A stretch of DNA of 64,000 nt from Escherichia phage vB_EcoM_NBG1. Made by a program: the position numbers and the translations under genes. A model generated the notes under the pieces. It searched no databases, was not told the DNA's origin, and saw only the letters and a program-made list of their open reading frames with translations. Location of the stretch: sequence record MH243438.1, one strand, 5' to 3'. The first letter of the stretch is position 1; each line of letters begins with the position of its first letter. Below are positions 1 through 8,270 of this stretch, piece by piece.

Positions 1-94
1 TGCGCTCGACCTTATTACAGGTTGGAAAAGGTACATCACTCAGAGGACTCGACGTTCATGAGGAGAGGTTGCGTTTCCCTTTATTAGGCAAGAA

Positions 95-424
95 TTATAC
101 TCTAGGCTTTTGAGCTTGTTTGGTATTGGATTCCCATGCGGCTTTGGTAATTTTGTTAGCGGCATAACCAAAGGCATTAGATAGAACACCTTTAGAGTTG
201 AATACATCCAATCCAATAAGTACACCGGCTGTGTTAAATTTAGGAGCAAAGTACGCATTAGTTTTAGAAAGAGCTTTTTTCAATTCAGGGTCTTGAACCA
301 AGCCATCAAAAACGCCTTTACTATTTACTTTGTATGTTACTTTGGGATTTTTACCTTCTTCGATAGCAGCTTTCTGTTCCGCAGATAATGTAACTTCAGT
401 GATAAACTCCTGATATGTTTTCAT
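95..424 (-). CDS. internal-protein-like small protein with capsid-targeting N-terminus (MKTYQEFITE)
   Basis: ATG start; N-terminal decapeptide matches the T4 IPI/IPII/IPIII capsid-targeting sequence ending in Glu (prohead protease site); body unrecognised. Confidence 0.6.
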   Translation of the reverse strand: MKTYQEFITEVTLSAEQKAAIEEGKNPKVTYKVNSKGVFDGLVQDPELKKALSKTNAYFAPKFNTAGVLIGLDVFNSKGVLSNAFGYAANKITKAAWESNTKQAQKPRV

Positions 425-449
425 TTTGTTCCTATTGTTTTAATTTATG

Positions 450-764
450 TTATTCTTTAGGGAAGTTTTTAGAGTATGCATCATAAAGTTTATTACCAAT
501 ACGACGGAAGACTTTAGCTGCAAAACGGTTTTCAGGGTTTTTAATCATGATTTGCATCATGTAAGTTCCTGCATCCGAAAGAGCTTCTTCATAGTACCCA
601 TTAATTTCTTTAAGAGTCCTACGTTTACCACCAGGACCATCAACAGTAATTTTCCATTTACCTGTAGAAGTGCGGCTCGGTGGCTCAACTTGTTCAATCC
701 AAATATAACCACCTTCAACGCGTTGGTTGGCGGATTCTGCAATAAATTCTTTATACGTTTTCAT
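450..764 (-). CDS. internal-protein-like small protein (MKTYKEFIAE)
   Basis: Capsid-targeting-type N-terminus; SD AGGAA upstream; repeated early promoter cassette at 765-826. Confidence 0.6.
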   Translation of the reverse strand: MKTYKEFIAESANQRVEGGYIWIEQVEPPSRTSTGKWKITVDGPGGKRRTLKEINGYYEEALSDAGTYMMQIMIKNPENRFAAKVFRRIGNKLYDAYSKNFPKE

Positions 765-828
765 TTTTTGTTTCCTTGTTTGTTTTGATAGAGTAATTAT
801 ACCATATTAATACTTAAGCGTAAACAAT

Positions 829-1089
829 TTAAGCTTTACCGCCAGAAATAATTCCGAAGTTGTTAAAATCGTATCCAGTATCGTCAACATCCACTTTAGG
901 ACTTGCTACAACATAAGCAATTTCACTACGTTTTGCATAGGTGTTGATTTCTTTACCATCGCCACCTAAGAAAGAATACCCATTACGTTTTAATGAGCCA
1001 AAGTCTTCGGCATCACCAATGAAAGCTTTAACTTTAAATTTAGGACATTTGGCATCTGCTTCAATGATAAATTCTTGATACATTTTCAT
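829..1089 (-). CDS. internal-protein-like small protein (MKMYQEFIIE)
   Basis: Capsid-targeting-type N-terminus; immediately downstream of denV on the minus strand. Confidence 0.55.
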   Translation of the reverse strand: MKMYQEFIIEADAKCPKFKVKAFIGDAEDFGSLKRNGYSFLGGDGKEINTYAKRSEIAYVVASPKVDVDDTGYDFNNFGIISGGKA

Positions 1090-1095
1090 TTTTCC

Positions 1096-1509
1096 TTAGT
1101 AAATTGATTTACCATAGTATTTGTACCAAGTCGGACGTTGAGCAATTTTTTCATCTAAGCGTGCTTGACTTATCGCAATGGACTCTTCGGACGGGATGTA
1201 ATTATTACGAAATTCTACAGGAATGTCGGAAATATCCTGGACTGTCGTGTCCTTGATTTTGAAACCACGTTTCAAACATTCGGCTATTAGCTCGATTTGA
1301 CGTAAACGTAAAAATTCGAGTTTGTCGTAAAAGAATGTTACGTGACCTGTGCCTAAGATAAATGTTGGAGAGATTTTAAAATCTTTTACACGTTTACCAT
1401 TTTGAACATGTTTACGGACTGCACCAAATACGCGTGGTAATTCACGATACTCAGCCATAAGATGTTGGTCGGACAGTTCAGAAACAAGTGTTAAATTGAT
1501 ACGAGTCAT
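1096..1509 (-). CDS. denV: endonuclease V, pyrimidine-dimer DNA glycosylase
   Basis: Near-identical to recalled T4 DenV ([12 protein letters not shown]...[12 protein letters not shown]); start moved to ATG at 1509 (MTRINL) preceded by GGAGG. Confidence 0.9.
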   Translation of the reverse strand: MTRINLTLVSELSDQHLMAEYRELPRVFGAVRKHVQNGKRVKDFKISPTFILGTGHVTFFYDKLEFLRLRQIELIAECLKRGFKIKDTTVQDISDIPVEFRNNYIPSEESIAISQARLDEKIAQRPTWYKYYGKSIY

Positions 1510-1567
1510 AATTTCCTCCAAGTAGTTGATAGATGTATAGTATCAAAGTCCTTGGAGGAAGTAAACA
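1510..1567 (-). promoter_or_regulatory. early promoter cassette with stem-loop (GTTTAC -35, 10-bp inverted repeat TTCCTCCAAG/CTTGGAGGAA, SD) upstream of denV
   Basis: RC of plus gtaaac at ~1561-1566; inverted repeat flanks the -10 region; GGAGG SD before ATG. Confidence 0.5.
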
Positions 1568-1849
1568 CTATTTTTCTGAAGCGCCTGAAATATATTTTTC
1601 AAGACGTTGTTTCATTAGCGAGCCGTTCTTAGCGATTTCTTCTGGTTTATCGCACATACGCAACAAGGCTTCAAGCTTAGCGATATCGCTGGTACGTTCA
1701 AATTTGCGAGTATCTATCTTACTAGCAAGTTCAGAAATACGTGCTAATAGACTTTCGGCTTCAACCAAAGCTGCACCTAACTTAGTTGCAAATGTGTCAG
1801 TAGCTTCATTAAGAATAGATTCTGATAAAAATTCACTATATGTTTTCAT
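1568..1849 (-). CDS. internal-protein-like small protein ([10 protein letters not shown])
   Basis: Internal ATG at 1849 with SD GGAAAG; capsid-targeting-type N-terminus; sits between denV and e where T4 has ipII/ipIII; ATGA overlap with e stop. Confidence 0.6.
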   Translation of the reverse strand: MKTYSEFLSESILNEATDTFATKLGAALVEAESLLARISELASKIDTRKFERTSDIAKLEALLRMCDKPEEIAKNGSLMKQRLEKYISGASEK

Positions 1850-2334
1850 ATATACGCTTTCCAAGTTCCTGTTTTAAATGTTGAGATTACGCGTTTCGCG
1901 CGATTAGGTGTCTGACGATACCATTTAGATTGGGCTAGATTTACTGCCGCTTCATCCCAACGTTTCTGTTGAAGCATACGAAGAGAATTAGTAAAACCGG
2001 CGACGCCTGCTACGCCCATTTGGAAGACCATATTGACCAATGCACATCGACGAACCGCATCTAAAGAATCATATACCGGTTTAAGTTTAGCATTACCCAA
2101 GATTCCGCGAACGGCTTTATCAACGTCTTCATTAAATAGCTTTTCAGCCTCATCAAGGGTAATTGTACCGTTGCATTTACGACCGATCATTCTGTCAAGT
2201 TCAGCTTTAGCTACGGCTAAAGACGGGTTCTTTGTTACTAAATGGCCTATGCCAATCGTCCAAAAGCCTTCAGTGTCTTTGTATAAAGTCAGTCTAAGAC
2301 CTTCGTCATTACGAAGCATTTCAAATATATTCAT
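1846..2334 (-). CDS. e: lysozyme (endolysin)
   Basis: Near-identical to recalled T4 lysozyme ([21 protein letters not shown]...); start at ATG 2334 preceded by GGGAGG. Confidence 0.93.
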   Translation of the reverse strand: MNIFEMLRNDEGLRLTLYKDTEGFWTIGIGHLVTKNPSLAVAKAELDRMIGRKCNGTITLDEAEKLFNEDVDKAVRGILGNAKLKPVYDSLDAVRRCALVNMVFQMGVAGVAGFTNSLRMLQQKRWDEAAVNLAQSKWYRQTPNRAKRVISTFKTGTWKAYI

Positions 2335-2368
2335 AATACCTCCCACGTTTATAGGAGGTATTTATTAC

Positions 2369-2827
2369 TTATAGTAGGGTAGTGAGTACCTTATATAACG
2401 ATTTGCCCATCACATATTCCCATTGAGAAGGTTTAATTAAAGCGAATGCATCAAATTCAGGAATCTGTCGTCCGTCTGGGAATGTATGATAGGAATTACA
2501 AACACTGTTTCTGAATTGCTCGTGCTCTACAGGGATGGTATATAGGAACAGATGAATATTCTTATTGTCTGAGTAATGATGTTCACCTAGGTCTTTCAGG
2601 AAGGCAGGGTCGTATTGTGTAAACCCAGTTTCTTCTTCGCATTCACGAATAGCGGCTTCAATAGGAGATTCGCCAGGTTCGACACGGCCTTTAGGAATAT
2701 CCCACCTATGAGCTAATGCACCTTTAGAACGAGAACCAGTTACACGCCCCATGAATAATTCTTTATCTTCGGTAAGGAAAATAATACCGGCTGATAGTTC
2801 TTTCACTTTATTTTTCTTACTCATCAT
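2369..2827 (-). CDS. nudE: Nudix hydrolase
   Basis: Nudix box G-x5-E-x7-REC-EEETG (GRVEPGESPIEAAIRECEEETGF); position after e as in T4 e.1. Confidence 0.85.
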   Translation of the reverse strand: MMSKKNKVKELSAGIIFLTEDKELFMGRVTGSRSKGALAHRWDIPKGRVEPGESPIEAAIRECEEETGFTQYDPAFLKDLGEHHYSDNKNIHLFLYTIPVEHEQFRNSVCNSYHTFPDGRQIPEFDAFALIKPSQWEYVMGKSLYKVLTTLL

Positions 2828-3053
2828 CTCGGTCCCATGATTTGGCCATTAATTCGGACATAAATTCTTCAATGCGCGTTTCTTTAGATGGACTTTCACT
2901 ATTAGAGACCGCAAGTTTGTAATCTGCAATAGGACAGAACATATCAAGGTCCATATTAAGGTCGTCTTTGATTTTTTCTTCTGACACATCTTTATCGTAT
3001 GTGTACAGATAACTATCACATGATTCTGATTTAATGTAAATTGCTATACTCAT
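2817..3053 (-). CDS. hypothetical protein
   Basis: ORF with internal ATG 3053 (MSIAIY) 9 nt after AGGA; ATGA overlap with upstream gene stop. Confidence 0.5.
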   Translation of the reverse strand: MSIAIYIKSESCDSYLYTYDKDVSEEKIKDDLNMDLDMFCPIADYKLAVSNSESPSKETRIEEFMSELMAKSWDRDDE

Positions 3054-3541
3054 CTCAAATTCCTGCATTCGGTAATAAAACGTTCAACTTCATTATTCTT
3101 GGCCTTTATCTTGTCTTTACGTTCCTGTAAACTACTTTTAACAAGATTAATAATGATGCCTACAGTACCGCCGCCAATGATGCCGCCAACAACACTTATG
3201 ATAATAGATGCTAATAAGATAGCAATAATATCAACAAAACCGAAAGAACTCACCTTAGTACTAAAAAACCATACCGACGGTACAAATATAATCCATCCTG
3301 TTATCCATTGGCACTTATTGAAAAACTTTTCAAGCTCAGCTTGAGTTGTTCGTATTACTTCATCGATAGGTTGATATCCATTAATGTATCTGTTCACGAT
3401 AATACCTGCTGGCTGGTCGATTTTAAATTCTTGGCAAATATGTTTCACTAAGTAGGATGGACATCCTGTCCAATCTACTGAATAGTATGAAATACCTTCG
3501 TTGCCATCGTCTATATTAGACCAATATGTTTTGTTAATCAT
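3050..3541 (-). CDS. hypothetical membrane protein with C-terminal FITECR tail
   Basis: Two hydrophobic segments (WITGWIIFVPSVWFF; FVDIIAILLASIIISVVGGIIGGG); C-terminal ...ERFITECRNLR. Confidence 0.55.
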   Translation of the reverse strand: MINKTYWSNIDDGNEGISYYSVDWTGCPSYLVKHICQEFKIDQPAGIIVNRYINGYQPIDEVIRTTQAELEKFFNKCQWITGWIIFVPSVWFFSTKVSSFGFVDIIAILLASIIISVVGGIIGGGTVGIIINLVKSSLQERKDKIKAKNNEVERFITECRNLR

Positions 3542-4227
3542 TACCAGCCTTCCATAGGGAATTCCAGATAAACTTGAGCATTGACACGAATTTCATTGGT
3601 AATCTTTTTAACTCGGTCTGTATTACGAGATACACGTCCGAACCAACGCCATCCGTTACTAATTGCACGAGAACCAGTGTGCCATGTTTGCCAATCAAAC
3701 TGAAGAAGAGTACGATCTGGAGCTTCCCATTTCTCTAGTTCACCTTTTTCAATTTTTTCGAGGACTTCTTTGTGCCACTGGCGATAGATAAGTTCGCCAT
3801 CAGGAATCTGACTGAACTCTGCAGTTCCTGTTGCAAAATGAGTAGGACACACGTCAGCGTTAACAAGACCAAGAATATGTTCAGAATGGTAACGAGGGTT
3901 GTCATAGTCAGGTTGTCCTGCAGTAATAAAGTGTTGACCAACTGGAATATCAGGGCGAGGAACATCATCATGGTGGTATCCAGGAATAGCAGGATACCAA
4001 CCAGGCATCAGCATATGAACCCGAGAATCAAATACAACATGTTGATTAGTCCAATCAATTGGGAGATTGGCAATAAAGCTACGAGTGATTGAGCCACCAT
4101 TATCCCAAGCAAAACCCAAATCACAATTAAAGAACATTGGTTCATTTTTGATTCGGTCATTTTGTACGTTATGTGCAAAACTACCAACTGCACGAGCTTG
4201 ACTATTAAAAGTTTTAGAACTATTCAT
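3541..4227 (-). CDS. hypothetical protein, possible Fe(II)/2-oxoglutarate dioxygenase-like
   Basis: 228 aa; H85-H86-D87 ... H183 ... R198-V-S pattern resembles HxD...H...RxS triad; not verified by any search. Confidence 0.3.
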   Translation of the reverse strand: MNSSKTFNSQARAVGSFAHNVQNDRIKNEPMFFNCDLGFAWDNGGSITRSFIANLPIDWTNQHVVFDSRVHMLMPGWYPAIPGYHHDDVPRPDIPVGQHFITAGQPDYDNPRYHSEHILGLVNADVCPTHFATGTAEFSQIPDGELIYRQWHKEVLEKIEKGELEKWEAPDRTLLQFDWQTWHTGSRAISNGWRWFGRVSRNTDRVKKITNEIRVNAQVYLEFPMEGW

Positions 4228-4228
4228 A

Positions 4229-4534
4229 TTATTTTCCTCGACATTCTTTAATGAAATTTTCTAGATTGGTAGATTCAATAGCTTTTTTACGAGCTTCTGC
4301 ATGTTCTTCTTCAGACAATTTACATTTATAATTAACCCAGACATTATGGTCGAAACTAGTCGTGGCATATAATAACAATGCTCCAACGAATAGCAAAAAC
4401 GGCGATAAGAATACAAAACCAGGAACACCATCCATATCGTAAGCCTTTTGTAATACTGCAACAGAAAGAGCTGCGTAAAAAGGTGATGCAAATATTGTTA
4501 AAAGACCAATTCGGTTGGTTTCGCCTAATTTCAT
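4229..4534 (-). CDS. hypothetical small membrane protein with C-terminal ENFIKECR tail
   Basis: Two hydrophobic segments; C-terminal ...LENFIKECRGK; SD GAGGAGAA upstream; 1-nt spacer to next gene. Confidence 0.55.
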   Translation of the reverse strand: MKLGETNRIGLLTIFASPFYAALSVAVLQKAYDMDGVPGFVFLSPFLLFVGALLLYATTSFDHNVWVNYKCKLSEEEHAEARKKAIESTNLENFIKECRGK

Positions 4535-4592
4535 AATATTCTCCTCATGTTTTAATAGGACTACTATAATATATCCCTATCAGTTTGTACAC
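4535..4592 (-). promoter_or_regulatory. early promoter/stem-loop cassette (GTGTAC -35 variant, TATAAT/TATAGT -10, ATAGG...CCTAT inverted repeat)
   Basis: Minus-strand reading: GTGTACAAACTGATAGGGATATATTATAGTAGTCCTATTAAAACATGAGGAGAATATTATG. Confidence 0.55.
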
Positions 4593-4793
4593 TTATTTTG
4601 ACATTTCTTCGATGTCACGACGATACCCATCACGAACTTCACGAAGAGCTTCAAGGCCACACATAGGCTCGATACCAGTAATGTGAACTTGATTAATCTG
4701 ATACTCTACATCTTCTAACTGAGCGAAAACATAACGACGTTCTGCTGCACAACCGGGTTTAGCTTTACCGAAACGTTTATTCAAAGTAGTCAT
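4593..4793 (-). CDS. hypothetical protein
   Basis: Internal ATG 4793 (MTTLNKRFGK) preceded by GGAG; cassette upstream. Confidence 0.5.
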   Translation of the reverse strand: MTTLNKRFGKAKPGCAAERRYVFAQLEDVEYQINQVHITGIEPMCGLEALREVRDGYRRDIEEMSK

Positions 4794-4873
4794 TTTTATA
4801 TCTCCATTCACTCATTTGTTTTGATAGGTCTATAGTATCAACAACTACAGACCTTGTAAACTGTTTTGTGAAA
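4794..4873 (-). promoter_or_regulatory. early promoter/stem-loop cassette
   Basis: Minus-strand: CACAAAACAGTTTACAAGGTCTGTAGTTGTTGATACTATAGACCTATCAAAACAAATGAGTGAATGGAGATATAAAAATG; GGTCT...AGACC inverted repeat. Confidence 0.55.
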
Positions 4874-5830
4874 TTATTTGAAAGGTTTTACCATATGAAA
4901 GTTTTGTTTGAAACGCTTGACGTAATCGTCGTGTCCTAAGCTTTGGTACATACTTACTACTTTGCTATAATTTTCCCAAGCGAACTCACGGAACCATCCT
5001 GATGTGATTGATGTACAGACCTTTTCAAGGGCCATCATAAAACTATCACGTGGATGGATTTTAAAGTCGTTAGGAATCTGTGAACGTTCAAGAGCTAATA
5101 CACAAGCTTCTTCATATACACCGGCTAATTTAACCATTTCTGGTAATGATTTGAACTTCTCGCGTGATGTCATAACTTCTGAGCCTTCTTTCATATAAAA
5201 CTTATAAGCAGGCTGGTCAGTTAGTGCAATGGCTTCATGAATAGTATCATGGTCATATGTATAGATGTCATCTTTAAAGAACGCACTTTTAGAAGTGTCA
5301 AGAACTGGGTGAGCATAATTCAAGGTTTCTTTCTGGCGTTTCAGCATAATTTCAGTAAGTTCATCGTTCAGTGTAACACCTTTACCACGAAGATACTGAA
5401 TATGATTCATAGTCTTTAAAAAGAATGGATTATTTTTCTTGAAACGATGAGACATCTTAATTGCAAGACATATCTCGGGAGTTGCCCAGTAAAACCCGTT
5501 CAAACGGTCTTTAGTCAAATTTTTCTTGGCGTATTTTAAAAGGTCATAAGAAGACGTGAAATCTTCAGGAGTGAGTTCACCAACTAATTCACGGACATTA
5601 GTGATTGCCGGAACAATATATGCTTCAAAATGAGTTTCGCGTCCATTATGGAAGCATTTGAAAACTTGGACGTCAGGGTTATCTTGGTGAACGTATACAC
5701 CCATCATTTGATTTTTGAATGCATTCCAAGAACATTGGTCCGCAATAAAATCCCAATCACTATTTTTGATAGCGCTAGAATCAATAAGACCATGATAGTG
5801 AAGTGCACGAGAACCAATAACTAACATCAT
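4874..5830 (-). CDS. hypothetical protein, possible nucleotidyltransferase fold
   Basis: 318 aa; N-terminal VIGSRALHYHGLIDSSAIKNSDWDFIA resembles GS...DxD of Pol-beta-type NTases but spacing is atypical; SD GAGGAA. Confidence 0.3.
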   Translation of the reverse strand: MMLVIGSRALHYHGLIDSSAIKNSDWDFIADQCSWNAFKNQMMGVYVHQDNPDVQVFKCFHNGRETHFEAYIVPAITNVRELVGELTPEDFTSSYDLLKYAKKNLTKDRLNGFYWATPEICLAIKMSHRFKKNNPFFLKTMNHIQYLRGKGVTLNDELTEIMLKRQKETLNYAHPVLDTSKSAFFKDDIYTYDHDTIHEAIALTDQPAYKFYMKEGSEVMTSREKFKSLPEMVKLAGVYEEACVLALERSQIPNDFKIHPRDSFMMALEKVCTSITSGWFREFAWENYSKVVSMYQSLGHDDYVKRFKQNFHMVKPFK

Positions 5831-5855
5831 AATAATTTCCTCGAATTTAGATTAC

Positions 5856-6095
5856 TTAAATTTCACGACATGCGATATTATATTCATCCCAGAGGTCATC
5901 ATGTGAAGCCTCTACCAATGGAACGATTGTACCGTTTATGTCTTCATTATAAGGGCAAATTGTACAGTGCGCATCTTCGAATCGGATGCCTTTGTGTTCA
6001 GATTTTTTATAACGCATATCGAATATCTTTGCAAACTTTTCACGAGTAATAGTTTTAGCAACCACTTTGGTTCCGATACTTTCGTAATAAATCAT
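5856..6095 (-). CDS. hypothetical protein
   Basis: Internal ATG 6095 (MIYYESIG) 8 nt after GGAG; contains HCTICPY; C-terminal ...NIACREI. Confidence 0.5.
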   Translation of the reverse strand: MIYYESIGTKVVAKTITREKFAKIFDMRYKKSEHKGIRFEDAHCTICPYNEDINGTIVPLVEASHDDLWDEYNIACREI

Positions 6096-6157
6096 TGTGG
6101 ACTCCATTTGTTTTGATAGGACTACTATAACATAGCCCTATCTTGTTGTAAACTGTT
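6096..6157 (-). promoter_or_regulatory. early promoter/stem-loop cassette
   Basis: Minus-strand: AACAGTTTACAACAAGATAGGGCTATGTTATAGTAGTCCTATCAAAACAAATGGAGTCCACAATG; -35 GTTTAC, -10 TATAGT, 18-nt spacer. Confidence 0.6.
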
Positions 6158-6355
6158 TTAGCAAGAATAACTAGATGATACCCAGCCTTGAACAGTGATA
6201 CTATTGTGGGATAATGAGATCGCGTCCTGGAGATTCAGACCTGCGTTATCTTCAATCCATAATGTAACTTCTTCGCGTTCTTCTGTTGCAATTTGGAACA
6301 GGTTTTCCAGAGCAGCTACTGCCGTACGTACAGCACAATCTAATTCACGAGACAT
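6158..6355 (-). CDS. small protein, paralog family with C-terminal GWVSSS..C
   Basis: 65 aa ending ...VQGWVSSSYSC; third of three tandem paralogs. Confidence 0.55.
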   Translation of the reverse strand: MSRELDCAVRTAVAALENLFQIATEEREEVTLWIEDNAGLNLQDAISLSHNSITVQGWVSSSYSC

Positions 6356-6364
6356 ATTGTTTCC

Positions 6365-6637
6365 TTAGCAAGTGTGAGAAGATGCGACCCAACCACCAGT
6401 TTCGAGGCTCAGGTTGTAGTCGTATTGGTAAACGTCAGCCCATTCAGCATAGCCGTTTTTTGTACAACGTTCAAGATCGGCTTTAAGATGTCCGGGTGAA
6501 TGATAGGTTCCACCCATACCATAAGCTGGATACAAGTCGAATGTTGTGTTTTGTTTATCAGCAATTTCTTTGGCAGCCTCAATAGCTGCATAGATTTTTG
6601 CTACAGCTTCAGCCAGTTCGGTTTGTTCTTTAGACAT
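6365..6637 (-). CDS. small protein, paralog family with C-terminal GWVASS..C
   Basis: 90 aa ending ...ETGGWVASSHTC; junction TGCTAAGGAAACAATATG to next gene. Confidence 0.55.
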   Translation of the reverse strand: MSKEQTELAEAVAKIYAAIEAAKEIADKQNTTFDLYPAYGMGGTYHSPGHLKADLERCTKNGYAEWADVYQYDYNLSLETGGWVASSHTC

Positions 6638-6646
6638 AATGATTCC

Positions 6647-6952
6647 TTAGCACAACGCAGAAGACGAAACCCAAGCACCTTCAGTAATAACGTAACCGTT
6701 ACCTTCACGCTTAACATCGCCACCATTATTTTCAATTTCATCTTTCATCCACTGGGATACGATTTCACCCTTAGGATAATAAGTACGACCACTACCATAA
6801 TCACCTACAGAAAATGATACAGCATATTGGTCTGCGATCTTTGTTGCTTCTTCTTCGATACGTTCAGCTTGATTCAGAAGTTTATAAATTGCATCTGAAG
6901 CGGATTTGGCATCATTAAACTCTGGTACTTTAATTTCAATAATCTTACTCAT
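6647..6952 (-). CDS. small protein, paralog family with C-terminal AWVSSS..C
   Basis: 101 aa ending ...TEGAWVSSSALC; junction TGCTAAGGAATCATTATG. Confidence 0.55.
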   Translation of the reverse strand: MSKIIEIKVPEFNDAKSASDAIYKLLNQAERIEEEATKIADQYAVSFSVGDYGSGRTYYPKGEIVSQWMKDEIENNGGDVKREGNGYVITEGAWVSSSALC

Positions 6953-7308
6953 TTTCTACATTCCTTAATAAAGTTTTCGATTGTTTCATTTTCACGTTTA
7001 GCTAGGAGTTCATTATAACTAATCATTTGAGAAGCGTAAACCTTTTTATTTTTCTTGTTATGGTTTATAAAATCGTAGTAAAAATAGACCACAGTACAAA
7101 ATGATGCGATGGATGCAAAGGCTTGGGTATACCGTAAGTCCTGCCATTGGTCTGTGAATCCACCGGTATTCCCTATAAATCCTAACACAACTCCGTCAAT
7201 AAGAAATCCAACTAATCCAAAGGCAAATCCCATGCCAATACTCATAATAAAAATTAGAATGTTCTCGCCGAGAGAAGGCCGAACAGTTAAGAGTTTAGGT
7301 TTTTGCAT
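6949..7308 (-). CDS. hypothetical membrane protein with C-terminal ENFIKECR tail
   Basis: Hydrophobic segments (ILIFIMSIGMGFAFGLVGFLIDGVVLGFIG; FASIASFCTVVYFYY); C-terminal ...IENFIKECRK. Confidence 0.55.
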   Translation of the reverse strand: MQKPKLLTVRPSLGENILIFIMSIGMGFAFGLVGFLIDGVVLGFIGNTGGFTDQWQDLRYTQAFASIASFCTVVYFYYDFINHNKKNKKVYASQMISYNELLAKRENETIENFIKECRK

Positions 7309-7682
7309 CTTATTTCCTTAACGAATTCCATAGCTTCTTCGTATTCGTACTTTTTAACAGCTTCGTCATACTGAGCTTGGGCTTTTGCGCACTGAACTTT
7401 CCATTCGCGTACTCGAGCTCTATAATGACGTCCTTGGTACCAATATCCCACCCAGTTAATAGGCATTAATAAAAATGGCACAATAAACGACCCGGCTATA
7501 ATAAGTAAAAACACTGCATCAGACGATATAACTTCACTAGAATCTAAAACAGCTCCTATAATCATAAAGATTAAAAATGCTAAAGCTAAAATAGGGCCAA
7601 ATAGTACTTCGTTTGGGATTAATTTACGTTTGTATTCGTATGCCCAGGGCTTAATTGGTTGATAAAGGGTTGGCTTTGACAT
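7287..7682 (-). CDS. hypothetical membrane protein with degenerate C-terminal EFVKEIRC tail
   Basis: Start moved to ATG 7682 (MSKPTLYQ); two hydrophobic segments; 3' end overlaps next gene start by 22 nt. Confidence 0.5.
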   Translation of the reverse strand: MSKPTLYQPIKPWAYEYKRKLIPNEVLFGPILALAFLIFMIIGAVLDSSEVISSDAVFLLIIAGSFIVPFLLMPINWVGYWYQGRHYRARVREWKVQCAKAQAQYDEAVKKYEYEEAMEFVKEIRCKNLNS

Positions 7683-8253
7683 ATTCTCTACATTCCATAA
7701 TAAATTGCTCAAGGATTAAATTGTTAGTGAAATTAGGACTAACAACCATAGTTTCATAAAGCGCATCAATAGCACTTAAAGCATCAACTCTCTTAAGCAA
7801 AGGCTTGCCTTCATACATAGTTTCAGAATCGACGATTAAAGTGAAGTAGTATTTTTTATTATTGACCAGAACTTCTGTATCAATATAAAACATGTTAGAC
7901 CTCAGAAGCTTATCTCTAAAACCATAATAATCTTTAGAGCGTTCGCTGATATATTCCCATTCAGTGTTTAAACAACAAACAGACCATGTAGGAGCAACGA
8001 AATCGGTGAATCTAATATCATGGTCTGCAACTAGTTTAGCAATAGCTCCGATATCATGAATCATAATACCTGGGGTTAATAAAGATTTTCTGCTATGGCT
8101 AGCCGTTTTCTCAGTAGTCTCATAAGAAGACGACCAGTACCATTTACGTCCAGTTGCAACATATCGTAATGAATCAACTAAAGACGTAGGTGGATTTACC
8201 TTATCTCGGAACTCTTCGAACATTGAGTCAATATCATTATTTTGGTTTCGCAT
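7651..8253 (-). CDS. hypothetical protein with C-terminal QFIMECRE motif
   Basis: Start at ATG 8253 (MRNQNN) 6 nt after AAGGAG; no obvious TM segment; motif 13 aa from the C-terminus. Confidence 0.5.
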   Translation of the reverse strand: MRNQNNDIDSMFEEFRDKVNPPTSLVDSLRYVATGRKWYWSSSYETTEKTASHSRKSLLTPGIMIHDIGAIAKLVADHDIRFTDFVAPTWSVCCLNTEWEYISERSKDYYGFRDKLLRSNMFYIDTEVLVNNKKYYFTLIVDSETMYEGKPLLKRVDALSAIDALYETMVVSPNFTNNLILEQFIMECREYVKANPLSTN

Positions 8254-8270
8254 GTTAACTCCTTTATTAT

